NCBI GenBank assembly: GCA_965207375.1
Contig: CBDBMG010000003.1
Span: forward strand, 608,001 to 672,000
Source of the DNA: Nitrosopumilaceae archaeon
GTDB taxonomy: Archaea > Thermoproteota > Nitrososphaeria > Nitrososphaerales > Nitrosopumilaceae
DNA length: 64,000 nucleotides
Direction of reading: 5' to 3'
A program made the translations under genes and the position numbers. Below are positions 16,861 through 33,062 of the stretch, piece after piece. The notes beneath the pieces were generated by a model that was not told the DNA's origin, searched no databases, and was given only the letters and a program-made list of their open reading frames with translations. How positions within the stretch are numbered: position 1 is the stretch's first letter; each line of letters begins with the position of its first letter.

Positions 16861-17244
16861 TAGGCTTGCGCCTAATATGCCGGCATAATTTGAGGAATAA
16901 TAGGTACCATTTTATACGAGAATTATTCTGGAATAATAGGTCATTAGTGAGCATAAAATTTATTAAACGATCATCCGCCCACGCAATTAATTATAGCGCA
17001 TATTGAAAATATTTTGTCTCCAACTCGGCAATCACTTTGTGGACTTTCTCAATGTTATATGGTACTTTCTGTGTAAGGTCTTAATTCTAATCAATAGTTA
17101 GTTGCTATAGCTATTATTTTCTTACTGTCAGAACGGAATAATTTGGGAATAATAGGTGGTATTTTAAAGAATAATAGGGAAAGATTTTGAGAAGTTCTGG
17201 AAGGAATAATAGGTAAATTTTTGAGCATATTAGGCGCATCCCTA
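16861..17244. mobile_element. hAT-like MITE in a KDZ intron
   Basis: TIRs TAGGCTTGCGCCTAATATGC / GCATATTAGGCGCATCCCTA. Decayed 8-bp TSD GCATAATT/GCAAAACT. Related ends near 44955-45460 and 60770. Confidence 0.7.
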
Positions 17245-18919
17245 GCAAAACTACCTTTTCCTTGTTTGATCAACTTCAGTATCTCTTTATCCTTTTCAGT
17301 TAGAAAGTCATCTTCACTAATAGTAGCCTTTTAATAATACATACCATCATAAAAGACATGCTGTAGCTATGCAAGAATATACCTGATCTCTTAATGCTTG
17401 TAAATAACATTCCTTGTTAAATCTATCTATTCTCCAAGTTTGTTCTTCCATTTCTTCATCACTCTCAGACTCATCAGCTGTGGGTGATTCTACTCTGTAT
17501 GCTACGTACATCACACAGACGTACACACAACAATATTACTATACTAGCATACCTGATAAATGGTTTTCACTACTGTAGCTAGTGGTTGCTGTAATATAAA
17601 ATAATTGTATTAATATGTATGTGTGTACTATAAGTGATCATATGTACCTGAATCACTGTTGCTAGTGACTACTGTTGCTACGGATAAAGACATATTACTA
17701 CCAACTATAATGTATTAATAGCATGCAACTATAAAAATGGCATTTCTGTTACTACCACTTTAACATAAAATAAATTATATACTAAGTAGAATAATTATAT
17801 TACGTATGTGCATACTTGTTACCTGATGAGATAAAATCACTGCTTTTAAATTGATAATCATCATTTTCAAGTAATAAATAACTATTTGAACCTATAAAAG
17901 ATTATAGCTATACCATTATATGCATTTACTTACTTGTGTATTATACGTATCTATATGACATACCAGTATGCACAGCTTCATCTTCATCTTCACTACACTC
18001 ATCACTTGAACATTGTATTGACTCAGGAACACGCAAGTAAACATCATAATCATTTGTATCCTCTAAGCTGTGACTCTCACTATCCAAACAATTCTCTAAT
18101 TCAATTTCTTGTTTTCAAGCTCAGATAAAGATGTATACTGCAAAAAACAAGTCAATGAGTTTAATTTAGAGTAACATTTCCTTGTACTAAATTTCAGCAA
18201 GGAAATACATGCTGCAGTATGCAAGTTATCATTTTGTTCACTATGCTCCAAGGCTTTAATTTGGTCACAAAGTAATTGATATTTAGAGATATAATGTTGA
18301 GCACAACAGTTCATCTCTTCCTTTAACCTTAAAATTTCTTCTTGAGCTCTATTAGTTTGGTGATACAACTGGACTGCTTTTGCCTTAAGGGATATGGGTA
18401 CTTCAGTAGTAGTAAATATGCATCCATTATATATACTGTTGGTTAAATCAGTAACTTCTTCCCATGTTAGTTGAGACATCTGGTTTAAATCAGAATTGTA
18501 CTTAGAAAGTGAAATTTTCAGCTGTTTGCTGACAATATTTATTCTCCGTGACAACCGAACTGCTATTTTCTGACCATCTACACAATTATATGTAATTGCA
18601 TACACATGTACGACAACATACTCTACTGTATATTAGAGTACATTAATTTATAAGAAATATTAACATATAGCATTAACATACGTACATAAAACATACCAGC
18701 ATATTTTGATTTTAGTCTAAGAAGAAACCATCTTTCTCTTGCTTCCTTTTGCATTTTTATTCTTAGTTTCTGCTTCTTTTTAGATTTACCAGTAGCAATT
18801 GTATCTTTATACTCTTGTGATGTGGTCAACCAACGATACTCAACATTATAATTACTTTCAGTTAACTGTAGTTTTTGTTCTATCCTGATGGTATAATATA
18901 TACATGCATACATGGATAC

Positions 18920-19230
18920 TAAGACTCAAACAAATATTCAGATTAATTAATATTCATCTTACTTTATTCCATTCAAAAGTAGCCAACAAATTATTTGTTT
19001 ACTGAGTTTTTGGACACTGGGTTAAAAGCAATAGCATATACTGTACGAAATTTCAAGTACGTAACAATCAATGTTTAATTTAAGTGAATCATAAATGAGA
19101 CAGTAGTCATAAATTGACTAAAAGTAGTGTCATTTTACCACTTTCATATGCAAAAGAATATTTGGACTATATCTGTTTGAAATTTGAATATTCGAATATC
19201 AAAATAATTATACTATTCATTTGAGCCCTA
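18920..19230. mobile_element. hAT-type MITE in a KDZ intron
   Basis: TIR ~TAGGGCTCAAA. Perfect 8-bp TSD ATGGATAC (18912-18919 and 19231-19238). Second copy at 33593-33893. Confidence 0.85.
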
Positions 19231-19503
19231 ATGGATACATAAACAGAGACATGCAATATGTAATCAAAATAAATGTACAGTAATGATCGATGCTTATTGA
19301 CAATTTAACAGCTACAAAATATGCATGTGTACACATGTAAGCTATATTTTCCTGCATTCATGCAAACACTCATTAAAAATAGTACTATATACACTGGTAC
19401 TAGTTTCTCTTCTCTGATCTTATCATATCGGTCATTCAAAGTTTCTCATAACTCACTGTACAATGTACTTTTCTTGATCATTATTATGTACATATGTACG
19501 TAG

Positions 19504-19594
<91 letters not shown>

Positions 19595-22496
19595 CGCACC
19601 CAAACAGTTTACATTTACTAATTATAGATTAAGTGCTTATTCTTAGTAATCAGCTTTCAAGTATACATGCATACAGTATCCCAACGATTAATGCAAATAC
19701 CCATCTGTAGCAAAATTGTGAATCAGTATAAAGCTTATAGGTCCTTCCCACCCTTGGCTATACCACTGTGTACACATATACTTACTTAATCAAATGAGAT
19801 AACAGCAAACGAACATTATTAGACAAAACATCCGTGCAATCCATTAGTGCATTTCTACATAATAACACGTATTTATGTATACTGTATACTGTATTATTGT
19901 TATAAACAGAACAAGCAATTATTACAGAGTTACCTAATAATGTTAGCTGCATCAATAAGACAAACATAATCTTCTTGCCAAGTTGCAGGTAAATCTTGAG
20001 GTGCTACATAAATAGTATGAAACATCAAGGAATGCAATATTTAACATTTTACATACAAGAATGGTGAAAAGTACACTCCTTAGCTTCCAAAACCCATTGT
20101 TCAACATCAACATCAGTTATAGAATCTGTGTAAATAAACATATTGTGTAATTATTAGCTAATAATATAGGTCCAAATATAAATCATGCATAATGTAGTTA
20201 CATATACAAACTGATATACATAGCTATGTAGCATATATACTTGAGGGATCATCCTTTAGCACTGTTAAACCTTTTAGAGCATCTGAGTGGAATTTCTTTG
20301 CATGATCCATACGTTTGCACAGTAAATGACCTGATAAAATTTACATAAATTATAAACATAACTAATTGATCATACCAATCTTCCCTGAGGTCTTTTGTCT
20401 ATGATGCAGCAAAGCATCAGTCAGTATGTCTATGCGATGTGATGGCCGCATCTCTTTTGTCATGGCAGAAAAATTTCGGAGATAAGCCCAAAGACGTTCA
20501 ACTCCTTCGCCATCACTTAATCCAAATCCAGTCATGTTCCTTGGATTTCTTTCATTCTGCAAAGTTAATGCTTATATGGTTACAAGTAAGAATTAATATA
20601 TACTATATACGTATATTAGCACACACTACTAGTTTATTGATATAGGCATTGATTGTATATAAAAACAAATTGAGTGGAAACACATATGGTTACCATGACA
20701 TCAAGAGTTCAATATTATCACACTTAGCTATTATAAATTACATGAGTTAAGTACACACCTGGCATTGTAAAATGTGCCCATATGCATGAAACACAGGAAC
20801 TGCAAATGTTACGTTCTTCAGAAGATCATTACGTTTATTTGCCTGGAAATGATCATACATACCAATAATCAAAAGTGTGACAGATAATTATACAGAATCA
20901 AATATATAGTTGATATACAATTTAATATAGCCAGACTTATCATTATAAAAATTAAATGTCCTAAATATATATGAATAAACTAATGCCTAACAGGTTGCAT
21001 GTGCAGTTCTACTAATAGCTTTGTCACAGTTAACTTATGTATTTTGCAAAGTAATTAATGAATTATAATACATGTGGTACTTAAGGCACACATGACAATT
21101 CTAACAAAACAATTATGTAAGTACCTTAAGATGCTTGACTAGCACACAAGCTATATCATACATGAGTTGTATGGTATGGTTTGGGTACATTTGTTTCAGC
21201 TTTTCAAGCAGGTAGACACTGTAAGATATCCTAGCATATAATTATTTGATCAAGTAAACATATAATTATTGTAACCACATGTAACCTTTCCCCATGGCAT
21301 AAATTAACAAAACACAGTGGAAACTCGTGTTGACAAACTGCACCCATTATTCCTGTCTCTTTAAGTGCTGAGAAGAGATTGTTGGCATTACCTGCTACAA
21401 AATTACTACACTCCTACAAATAATAGTAATAAAACTTAGGAAATTGTTAAACTTTAATTACTTGATTATTGTAATTTGTACCAGCTTGAGAATCATACTG
21501 CGTTACATAATGGTCAACTTCATCTTGATCAAAAAATAATTTAGTAGCAGCAATTGGTGGATGTACACTGCTTCCAGCAGATTTTCTCCGACAGAGACCA
21601 AAATTTAAAATTTGCATCAATTGAAATGGTAATAACACACCTGTCTGAAGAGAAAAAGTATATGCATACACAATTAAGTAGCTACGTATGTGTAACTCTG
21701 CACAAGACTTGTATATACATGCACTCTAACCTTTGGGCATGCTGGACATTTAGTACTGCTTACATCAAAACTAATATCCTTCAAATCCCGCAATTTTCCT
21801 TTACATAACCTAATAATGTGTTCACATGCATATTCATATATAAATGCAAGGATTAACCTAACCGATACTCTTCAAAACAGTCAATCAAAACTGGATATAT
21901 CTTGCAAGGGAGCTGAAGAAAAAATAAAAAATGCAAAGAATTATACAACTTAGTAGGTAGCTAATGAGCTTTTAATTTGACAATTAGAATGAGTGTGGCA
22001 TACCTAATATATTAGTGCTAATAATGTTTATACTTATATTTTGACATACACTTTTCATTTTATCTTTCAAAAGAAATTCTACAGCATCACAGTAGTCATT
22101 CACTGCTATCTGACATTCTAAAAGCAATGCCTCAAGCCAATCCAAAAATGAAAATGAAAATGCCAATACTGGTCGACTTGGTGAGGCAGGCCAGTAACCA
22201 AGCTCCATGATTCTTAATGAATCATTTTTGCACTTACAAAATGAGATATTAAGCTGACGAGGAACTCCTATATACACATACATTGAAAGATTTTTGCAAT
22301 TTATTCCATGTACCAACCCTCAATGTGAGAAAACACGTGACAAGCCGATTGTGTACTGTTTCACAAGTAAGTGTGGTTATTGGAAAATCCATTGGTGGCA
22401 ATTCCAAAGGAACAAAACAGTTATCCTGCATTGAAAACAGCCTGCATGCATGCAAAACACACATGCGTATATACATGGACACGTGCATATATATAT

Positions 22497-22556
<60 letters not shown>

Positions 22557-23480
22557 ACTGTATGTATGTTAACAAACCTTCCATACTTCAGGACAATGGT
22601 GGAAGTTATGCATGTTATGAGTAATATAACAACATTCCAAGCACATTAAATATGGTCCACATAGAGTGCATCTTGTAGTTGCAATGCTTGAACAGGCAAA
22701 ACACTCTACTTCCTTTTGCAGAGCATGCCTGTTAATCATTACTGTATATGCATTCTCCCTGATTTCCATCCACTTCTCAGCCAATCTAAGTTTACGTTTT
22801 GTATGTGCAGTTGTAGTCATATCTAGTACTTCATCATTAATACTAAAGTTATCTTCATCTAAATAGTTGTCAGGTATATCGTTTGGTGTCTTTGCTGAAT
22901 GTCGTGAATAAATTACTTCTTTCAAAATTTTATATTTCTTTTTTCTTCCAGTAGGGTTCGGAGATAAAAATTTAAACTAAACCTGTTCTCCTTTTCATCC
23001 TTTAAAATGTACAAGTTAATTTGACTTATAATCAAAATATCAATGTATACACAATGTATCATACATAGCCATATACAGATGCATGGTAAAGCTTTTTGCC
23101 AATGGTAGCTACGTATTACTGAAAGAAATTTTTATAGCTAAGATTAAAATTTTGTTGACTTCTTGACTACCAATGCTTTCCACTCAGTGTTTTGTGAAGA
23201 TTTACGTACAATACCATACATGTTATGTCATACCCTCAGATTGAGGTCATGCCCTCAGATTAACCATACTATCCGCTTTATATCTTCAGAATCTGTGTTA
23301 TATAACCTCACTATAGGTGATTTGGTTTTATCGATATCAACAGACTATGCTCATACTGAGTGCACAGAAAGCTATCAGTTAAACTAAGAGGGTCTTAACA
23401 CTGATTTGTAAAGCAGGCTAGGGCATGGCTTTTGTGCTAAAAAGCAGTTATGCCCAATTATAAAACAACCTATGTAATTT

Positions 23481-23907
23481 ATATGCTAAACAAAAACACC
23501 TTGGGCGTAAAAAAGTGCGAGGCCAATCAGAAGCCACAATGGTTATATAAGCGACCAAAAACTCTGATATCAAGTAAGGCCAAGAAGTTGAACATTTTAT
23601 TAAGAATTCTTTCACTTGAATGACATACAATAGTTTACAGGGCACTTTCACAACTATGATTGGCTTTGTCACTTGGCCACCTTTTTGTACTATCATCTTT
23701 TATATTTAAGGTGGCCAAGTGACAAAGCCAATCATAGTTGTGAAAATGCCCTGTAAACTATTGTATGTCATTCAAGTAAAAGGATTCATAAAATGTTCAA
23801 CTTCTTGGCCTTACTTGATATCAGAGTTTTTGGTCGCTTATATAACCATTGTGGCTTCTGATTGGCCTCGCACTTTTTTACACCCAAGGTGTTTTTGTTT
23901 AGCATAT
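23481..23907. repeat. Foldback with ~205-bp inverted arms and a short AT spacer
   Basis: 23481-23685 matches the reverse complement of 23708-23907 with few mismatches. Confidence 0.9.
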
Positions 23908-24199
23908 CACTACTTTTTGTTAGAGAAGAAAATATTATGAAGAAGTTGTTGGAGAAGTTGCTAAAAATTAGCATTCTTACTACAACGTGATAGTACTCAG
24001 CTTCGCTTCATCCTTATGCTGTTGCTGCTGCTGCTACTTGCCAGTTCACTTTCACCATAGATCATTTAGAAAATGGCATATGTCATTCAAATAGTTAGAA
24101 AATAAAGCTTTCGGTACCTCAGCTGATTCACACATACCTATTTACAATTCTGCACACAATCAGTATTGTAAATTTAACTTTGAAGCTTAATTTTGATAA

Positions 24200-24737
24200 A
24201 CTCACGCCTACAATATTTTTTTAACTTTTACTACAGAGTGGTACATCAATATAGATTGTGTATCTGAAAGTTTATGCAAATCATTTCAAGGGGTCCAAGT
24301 TATGACAACTTTCAACCTGCAGTGTAATAGCCTTTCTCAAATATATTCAAGTGTTTACTTCAGGCTGAAAGTAGTATGACAGGTAGAGCATACATTGGAG
24401 AAATGCTGATGCAAATTTGGCTGAAATCCATGAAGAAATGAGTGAGTTAGTAGACAAACAAGTGAATGTACAAAAAGAGAGTTTGAAAAAACTTCCGGGA
24501 TTCACACAAACCTCCCGCAAGCCCACGCAAAACTCCCGCAAGCCCACGAAAAAGTGTGCGATGAAAATGAAAGAAACAAACAAACAAACAAACAAAGAAA
24601 AAAAAAACGACGGGCGCCTAAAATATTTTTTGATGGAGGAAGGAGTTTATAAGGCGCGTGCGGAAAACTCGTGCCATGGATATCAAACAACTTCAGGTCA
24701 ACGATTCTTCATACATTGAAGGTACTATTTGTTTAGT
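24200..24737 (-). mobile_element. Interspersed repeat, inverted copy of 11548-12030
   Basis: Reverse-complement similarity and an internal (AAAC)n tract. Confidence 0.6.
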
Positions 24738-25171
24738 AAACGAGTGAATAGGTGCCAAGGGGATGGTTTTTCGAGCGTGGGCGCACGAACGGACGCCATA
24801 AAACTCACAATGGCTGCTACTTAGGATTGGTTGGGCCGATTTCCTCCATTGTCGGTTTACTGATTCTATATAGTTAGAACGTGCTGAGTCCTTGATAACT
24901 AAGCGATAGCTTTCATGGCGGCTTATTTAGAGCGTTTACAAATTTCAGAGCGGTGCTACGTGTAAATAACTCACTTGTTCGTCGCGCGTACGGCCTGCTT
25001 CTTCTTGGCCTCGCGACTCACTATCGTGAGTCTTGATAATTGAATGGTGGAAAGTACAACATACTGATGTAACTGATATATGCTATTCAGTATGCAACAC
25101 TAATTTGTAGCTACTCACCTAATGGTTCTTCAATCAAATAGCAGTACTCACGAGTCACAAGGATGGAACCA

Positions 25172-26581
<1,410 letters not shown>

Positions 26582-26600
26582 GTCTGGTTAAATATCTATG

Positions 26601-26870
26601 GCTTAACTGGCGGTAATCTGGTTGTATTCTCCTTAGGAATATTTTCCAAGGTACTAGCAGCTTCGGAGGTCTTCAAAGCCTTCACACGCACACAGTACAT
26701 GCACGGCTTCATTCATTTTCAAACTCCTGGCGCACACGTGTTACACAAACCAGTAAAACTTGATCCACAGCGCCACACGTGATTACCATTCCGTTCCGTA
26801 ATTTATGCCTTGAAATTCCGTGAATATTATTCCGTACCGTACCGTTCCGTTCCGTGAAATATACCCAGCC
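26601..26870 (-). mobile_element. 5' end of the MULE element: TIR plus first codons of the transposase that continues at 5485
   Basis: The reverse strand starts GGCTGGGTATATTTCACGGAACGGAACGGTACGG (G-start with GGAAC subrepeats). It encodes ..ALKTSEAASTLENIPKENTTRLPPVK, which joins in frame to PKAGEVYL at 5491. Confidence 0.8.
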
Positions 26871-27079
26871 TCTTTGGTTACATTGTACCTCATAGATTTA
26901 AACATAGATCCTTAATCTATGATTTAAATGACACGTTTGCAAAAACACGAGACACGAGAATATCGGGAACTTTCGCGCGCCCCAGAAAATCTCGTTTTGC
27001 GGTATAGCCATCTCGAGATCCAGCTGTTTGTGCTGTTCCTCAGTGTCAATCCAGCACATAGGTTGGTTTAATCATAGAA

Positions 27080-28864
27080 GGGCCTAGCTAGTTGTTCACG
27101 TTCACCGTGCGGTCGCCTTTTCTTTAATAACTTCCGATAGAAACACGCCAAAATAAAAATTTATATATCATCATGAAGCCCGGAGACGATGCAACGAAAT
27201 AAGAAGTGCTTCGGCTGGAGTTATGTAGATTCAGAGATTGTAGTTTTCCTATGGAGAAGCCATTTAGCTATAATCCTTTAGCTTATTCAATTCTAAATGG
27301 AAGATAATGCTACATATGAGAATGGCGGTCTGTGGGTAAAGAGGTACCTTGAGTACTGCCTGGATCTCTACCTCTGGAAAATCAGAGATGTCCATCGAGA
27401 GGTGGGTAAATATAATTTCTATCAGTGCCAAACAGATGAAGATTAGAGCCAAAGGATGCATACAGCTGACCCAGCAGAAATAAGATATCCACGATCCAAC
27501 GGGATGAGATGGATGAAAGATCTTACTATGGGGACTATGGCCCAACAACTCAGATACAAAGGAGAGTACACACAATAAATCTGGAAGATCCCCATGAGCA
27601 GCAGTGAGGATGACCTCTTTTAGGGGCAACCTTTCTTCAGAAACACCTTTGTCCTTAGCAAGAGTCTGCAGTTCAAGCCAATGGCCATGCAAGGTTCTTC
27701 AAAATGGGCCCAACAAAAGGTTGGGCAAAATGTCCCTGATCTGAGAATATATTTCTCACAACACAAGCTCCGTCAAGTAGCCAATGAAAGCCGGCCATGT
27801 ACAAGGCATGCAGGTTAGGTTCAATACCAGCTCTCCTTACTAAATACTGAGCGGGCCATCCAAGGTAAGTAGGCATGGCCAACAGACTCACAAAATTCAT
27901 TACCCATAGTAGACAGAGATAGAGGAGACAAACTGTTGAGGATGAAATGCACAAGATCAGCCATTCATTGGGTGAGACCAAATATTTCTGTCCATCCAAG
28001 TCCAAGCACTGTGCTTCAGCCCAACCCTTATTATGGCCATGCTTTGTATGCGATGAGTGGGTGATCATATGCCCACCAGTTGTCACACTCCCTTCGGAGT
28101 AGTGTGTCCCTTAGTTCCAACCTGCCTTTTCTCCACTACATGTACTGTTGCCACCTGGCCAGCGGAACTGGGATTACCCCAGTCCTCAGAGCTTACAGAT
28201 TTCTTAGATTTTGTAGCCTTCATAATCAGTACACATTGTCAACCAAGTTTGGTGGGAAAGTCTTCAACACTTGACTCCTCTGCGGAGGTAGTCTCTACAG
28301 TTAGTAAAGAAAACTGATTATATACATCAACAGTGTAGCACAGGTTATCCACATCACCATCCGCCACTGACTCTCTGGAAGTGGGCGGGATGGCAAGGTG
28401 GCACCTTCGGGAAGATTCCGCATCTGCACAATCACCATCCCTCTGACCTAAAGTGTCAAGGACATCAATAGTATCCACCATAGACTCCCTAGAACTGGGC
28501 AGCATAGCAGGATGGCGTCCCAGAGAAGGTAGTTCATCAGCCTCATCACTAGGGGTATTAAGAGTGTCATCATTGCCATGGGGATCTATCAGGCAGTCAG
28601 CATCCCAATCAGCACAAGCCTACAGTCTTTTGAAGTTACCAAGCTAATAAATGTTCATGATGCATTTGTGGTAAAGCCGCACCGGTGTGTAATTAGTGGA
28701 TCATCTGTCCGTCAGTACCCATTTTTGCAAACGTGAGCATTGTGTGCGCATATTACGCATAATAAAAATAGTGACGTAGGAAACATGTCTACAATGCTTC
28801 GATCTTAAATGGCTTCATCTCAGCTAGTTTGACTGCACGGTGAACACGAACCAACTATAGTCCC
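27080..28864 (-). mobile_element. ~1.8-kb TIR element carrying decayed, unidentified coding sequence
   Basis: Imperfect ~34-bp TIRs (27080-27114 and 28831-28864; core GTTCACCGTGC/GCACGGTGAAC). Interrupted minus-strand frames at 28640-27264. Confidence 0.55.
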
Positions 28865-29117
28865 CCCAGTACCAGTATTTAGCCCTTGCAGCTTCAGAGT
28901 GTCTTAATTAACTCCCTAGCTTACTTGCTGCTATATATTAGTACTTCAAGTTACCGAGGCTCCCTGGCACTTTACATACTTCCATTATACCCTGGTCCCC
29001 CTTTGCTGGCTTCAGGGTCCCCAAGTTAAACTTCGTTATGCATGTACGTAGCTAGTTGTTTGCATTTGGGTCATTATAAGCTAACCACCATTTGCGTATA
29101 TACTATAGCTACCTCCA

Positions 29118-29257
29118 CTATAAAACTGATCAGAAATAGATGGATGACAAAGCACACCGAAGGCTATCATCAAAAATCATTAACCGGGTTAATCAGTGCA
29201 TTTTGATGATAACCTTTGGTGTGCTTTGTTATCCATCTATTTCTGATCAATCTTATA
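29118..29257. repeat. Hairpin MITE with ~55-bp arms
   Basis: TGATCAGAAATAGATGGATGACAAAGCACACC... mirrors ...GGTGTGCTTTGTTATCCATCTATTTCTGATCA. Confidence 0.8.
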
Positions 29258-29477
29258 CAGCGTCAGGCTACTTTGCATGACCTTATTCTTTAGGGGCCCC
29301 GAGGATTTTGGTGCTTCTCCAGCTGCTTGCATGGCCATGGATTGTTCTCCTTCTATATTCTTGCATGCATGATGGTAGCTACTGAAGGATCTTGTATAGT
29401 TCCCTGTTTGTTATGGAGATTTGCTTTCTGGAAATACTATAGCCTACCTGATGTATTGACTTCTTGAGGCTAAGCCA

Positions 29478-29682
29478 AGGGGTTCAACACTTGCTGAAAT
29501 CTTGTACGAGATTTCGAAATCAGCTTGATTTCCAACTGATTTCTGTGATTTCAAAGCTCCAGAAATCAATTAATTGCATGGGAAACCCTTTGCGTGATAC
29601 TAGATAATAGTGCTTGATTTCTGATTTCTAGCCAGTGATTTCTGGCAAGAACGTACGAGATTTCAGCTAATGTCGGATCCCC
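29478..29682. mobile_element. MITE with ~30-bp TIRs and GATTTC subrepeats
   Basis: GGGGTTCAACACTTGCTGAAATCTTGTACG mirrors CGTACGAGATTTCAGCTAATGTCGGATCCCC. Confidence 0.65.
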
Positions 29683-30379
29683 GGGATAAGCAGTTGTTTC
29701 AATCTTGTCTTGACTAAGTCAGTTTTCTGAGCTCTTGTCCTTTACATGCATGATCAGGCCAGAATTCATGCCAACTCTTTACATAATATACCTCTATATG
29801 CCAGTGTGTGGCTTCAGGCCATTCCTTCTTATCCCTCAGCTACAATAACTGGCTTAGTGTTCCAATGTTTTCATCTGATTCTGTTCGTTGCATGTATGCG
29901 AATTCACCGGCATGATGCCTCGTAAAATGTTATTTTCATGATCTTCAAGATGACAGTGGCTGTAGAAGGAAACAACAGTACAGTTCTCATTTGGATGTTT
30001 ACAGTAAATCTAATTTGATGTCACCGCCATGCGCAATCTTTTATAGAATTCCCTTTTGAGTTAATCAGCTGTGTCAACTGCATGGTGTTGCTGCTGCGGC
30101 TATAAGGGTGAGATGGAGAATGATGTTCACCGTATAAGGCTGAGGTGCAGGCTGAAGTGCATGACAGGAATTTTTATTACCTTGGCTGTAGAGACACTGC
30201 ATGCACTCCTAGGCCTAATCCAGTTTGAAGACTTTGAGAGATATTGCTGTACAGACAATTGTAACAAACAAGAGTGGTGTGTCCCTGAGCCCTCTCCAAT
30301 CAAGAAGTACCATGCATGGATATCTCTGGAGATCTCACTAAATACCATATAGCTAATATCTGTAGCTATAGCTACGTAT

Positions 30380-30650
<271 letters not shown>

Positions 30651-32329
30651 TAGTTAATTATGTCCAGGTGCATGGACGGATCATAGAGAAACCACAGGGG
30701 TGGATAACTTAGTGCACAGGGGGAATAACTAATTGTCCACTCATCATGATTACATAATGAAACTGTAAAATACAAAAATTTTACAGCTTGAAACTAATAC
30801 GCAGTGATTTTACAGGCTATTTTTCACTATTGCAGTTCAAAGAAAATAAGATAGAAATCGCCAAGTTCAAGAAACAAGCTCTGACATATTCACTGGGCCA
30901 GTTACGTATATCACAGTACACTCATGAGTTAATATCTTAATTATTAACCCTCGTACTCAGCTTCACCTCGGACTTAAGTTAATTTAGCTACTAAGATAAC
31001 CCTCATTCTGGGATATACGTAACTGCTACTTAGTCCCATTCCCATTTCCCTAGAATTCATTATTGGTTCCTTTCTCCAAAATTGTTTTAATATACAACCA
31101 ATAGTTTCGTAACACATAGCTCCATATTGCTTAAATTGACTACATTTTATGTACGCAATATAAACTCTACATTTCTTATGCATTATGGATGCACTGCTGT
31201 TTGGCAACTATTAACAATTACGTTACAGATAATCAGCAGCCCATATATACGTACCTCACAGCAATACAATAATACTTTATGTATACAAGGCGGGTTAGCT
31301 CACAGAGTTTCATAAAATATATTGAAGAAGAATCAAAGGCTAGATGAATTGTTTGGAACAAATGTGACCAGGCCTACAAAAATCAACCATCTAGTCGCAT
31401 AAAAATTGCTTTATTTTTTCAACGTTGTCTTTTAATAACAACACAGATTTTCTACTACACATGGCGAATTTAATGCACTTAGGGGTCATTCACAATTTTA
31501 AACTTGTACAAGATTTAGAATACTCTTTTCCTAACCTCTCCCCATACCACACTGTGCACTCTGAAAATGTTGATGTCACATCTTTTTCTATGTATATCAA
31601 TGTTTTCAAGCATAGCTACGTATATAAAATATTACCTCCTCCCCCTAGTATACTATTTGTACACTTGCATAAAGGCTGAAAAAATTGTGCCTTAAATGTG
31701 TATGTGTCCCTCGATGTGTCCCTTGATGTGTCCCTACGTGTTTCTTAGTGATAAGTAGCTAACTTTTCATTTAACTATAGAGTAACACATGGTCTAACAA
31801 TTTCCAAAGGTCAGTACGTACATGCAATGCCTTGTGAAGTACTCAATAAAGAATCCTTTACGAGTTAGTAATTCTATCTCATTACGTATATATCAACTTT
31901 TGAAAGTGACAATCACACACAACTATTAGGTCTATAGTTACTTACGTATAAATACAACATCTGCGTAATAATTATGATCAACCTTTGATCTCAACAACCA
32001 CACACGTAGCTAGCTATTAAATTACCAGCCATACTAACAAATTACAAAATATAACAACTAATATGGATATATTTTTAGCTAGCTAAATACTGTGTGGTTA
32101 AACTTACGTCTTAAATCTGAAATATTTTTTGTTAGGACAAGCGATGCTTCTGAATTCTCTGAACTATGTATATAAAAATTGTTAATATGTATATACGTAG
32201 TTGCACATGCATACATAATAATACGTATGTGTGCGTAATGATAAACATAAGACACATATACAGCTACATACATATATATGTATATACATACATACATACA
32301 AACACACATACATACAACATAAAAAATTA

Positions 32330-33062
<733 letters not shown>

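Noticed and set aside
23448-23974. Near-identical ORFs on opposite strands
   Set aside because: A consequence of the foldback repeat, not genes.
29870-30350. Protein-like plus-strand stretch (..RNFYYLGCRDTACTPRPNPV..)
   Set aside because: Multiple stops, and no recognisable family or splice structure.
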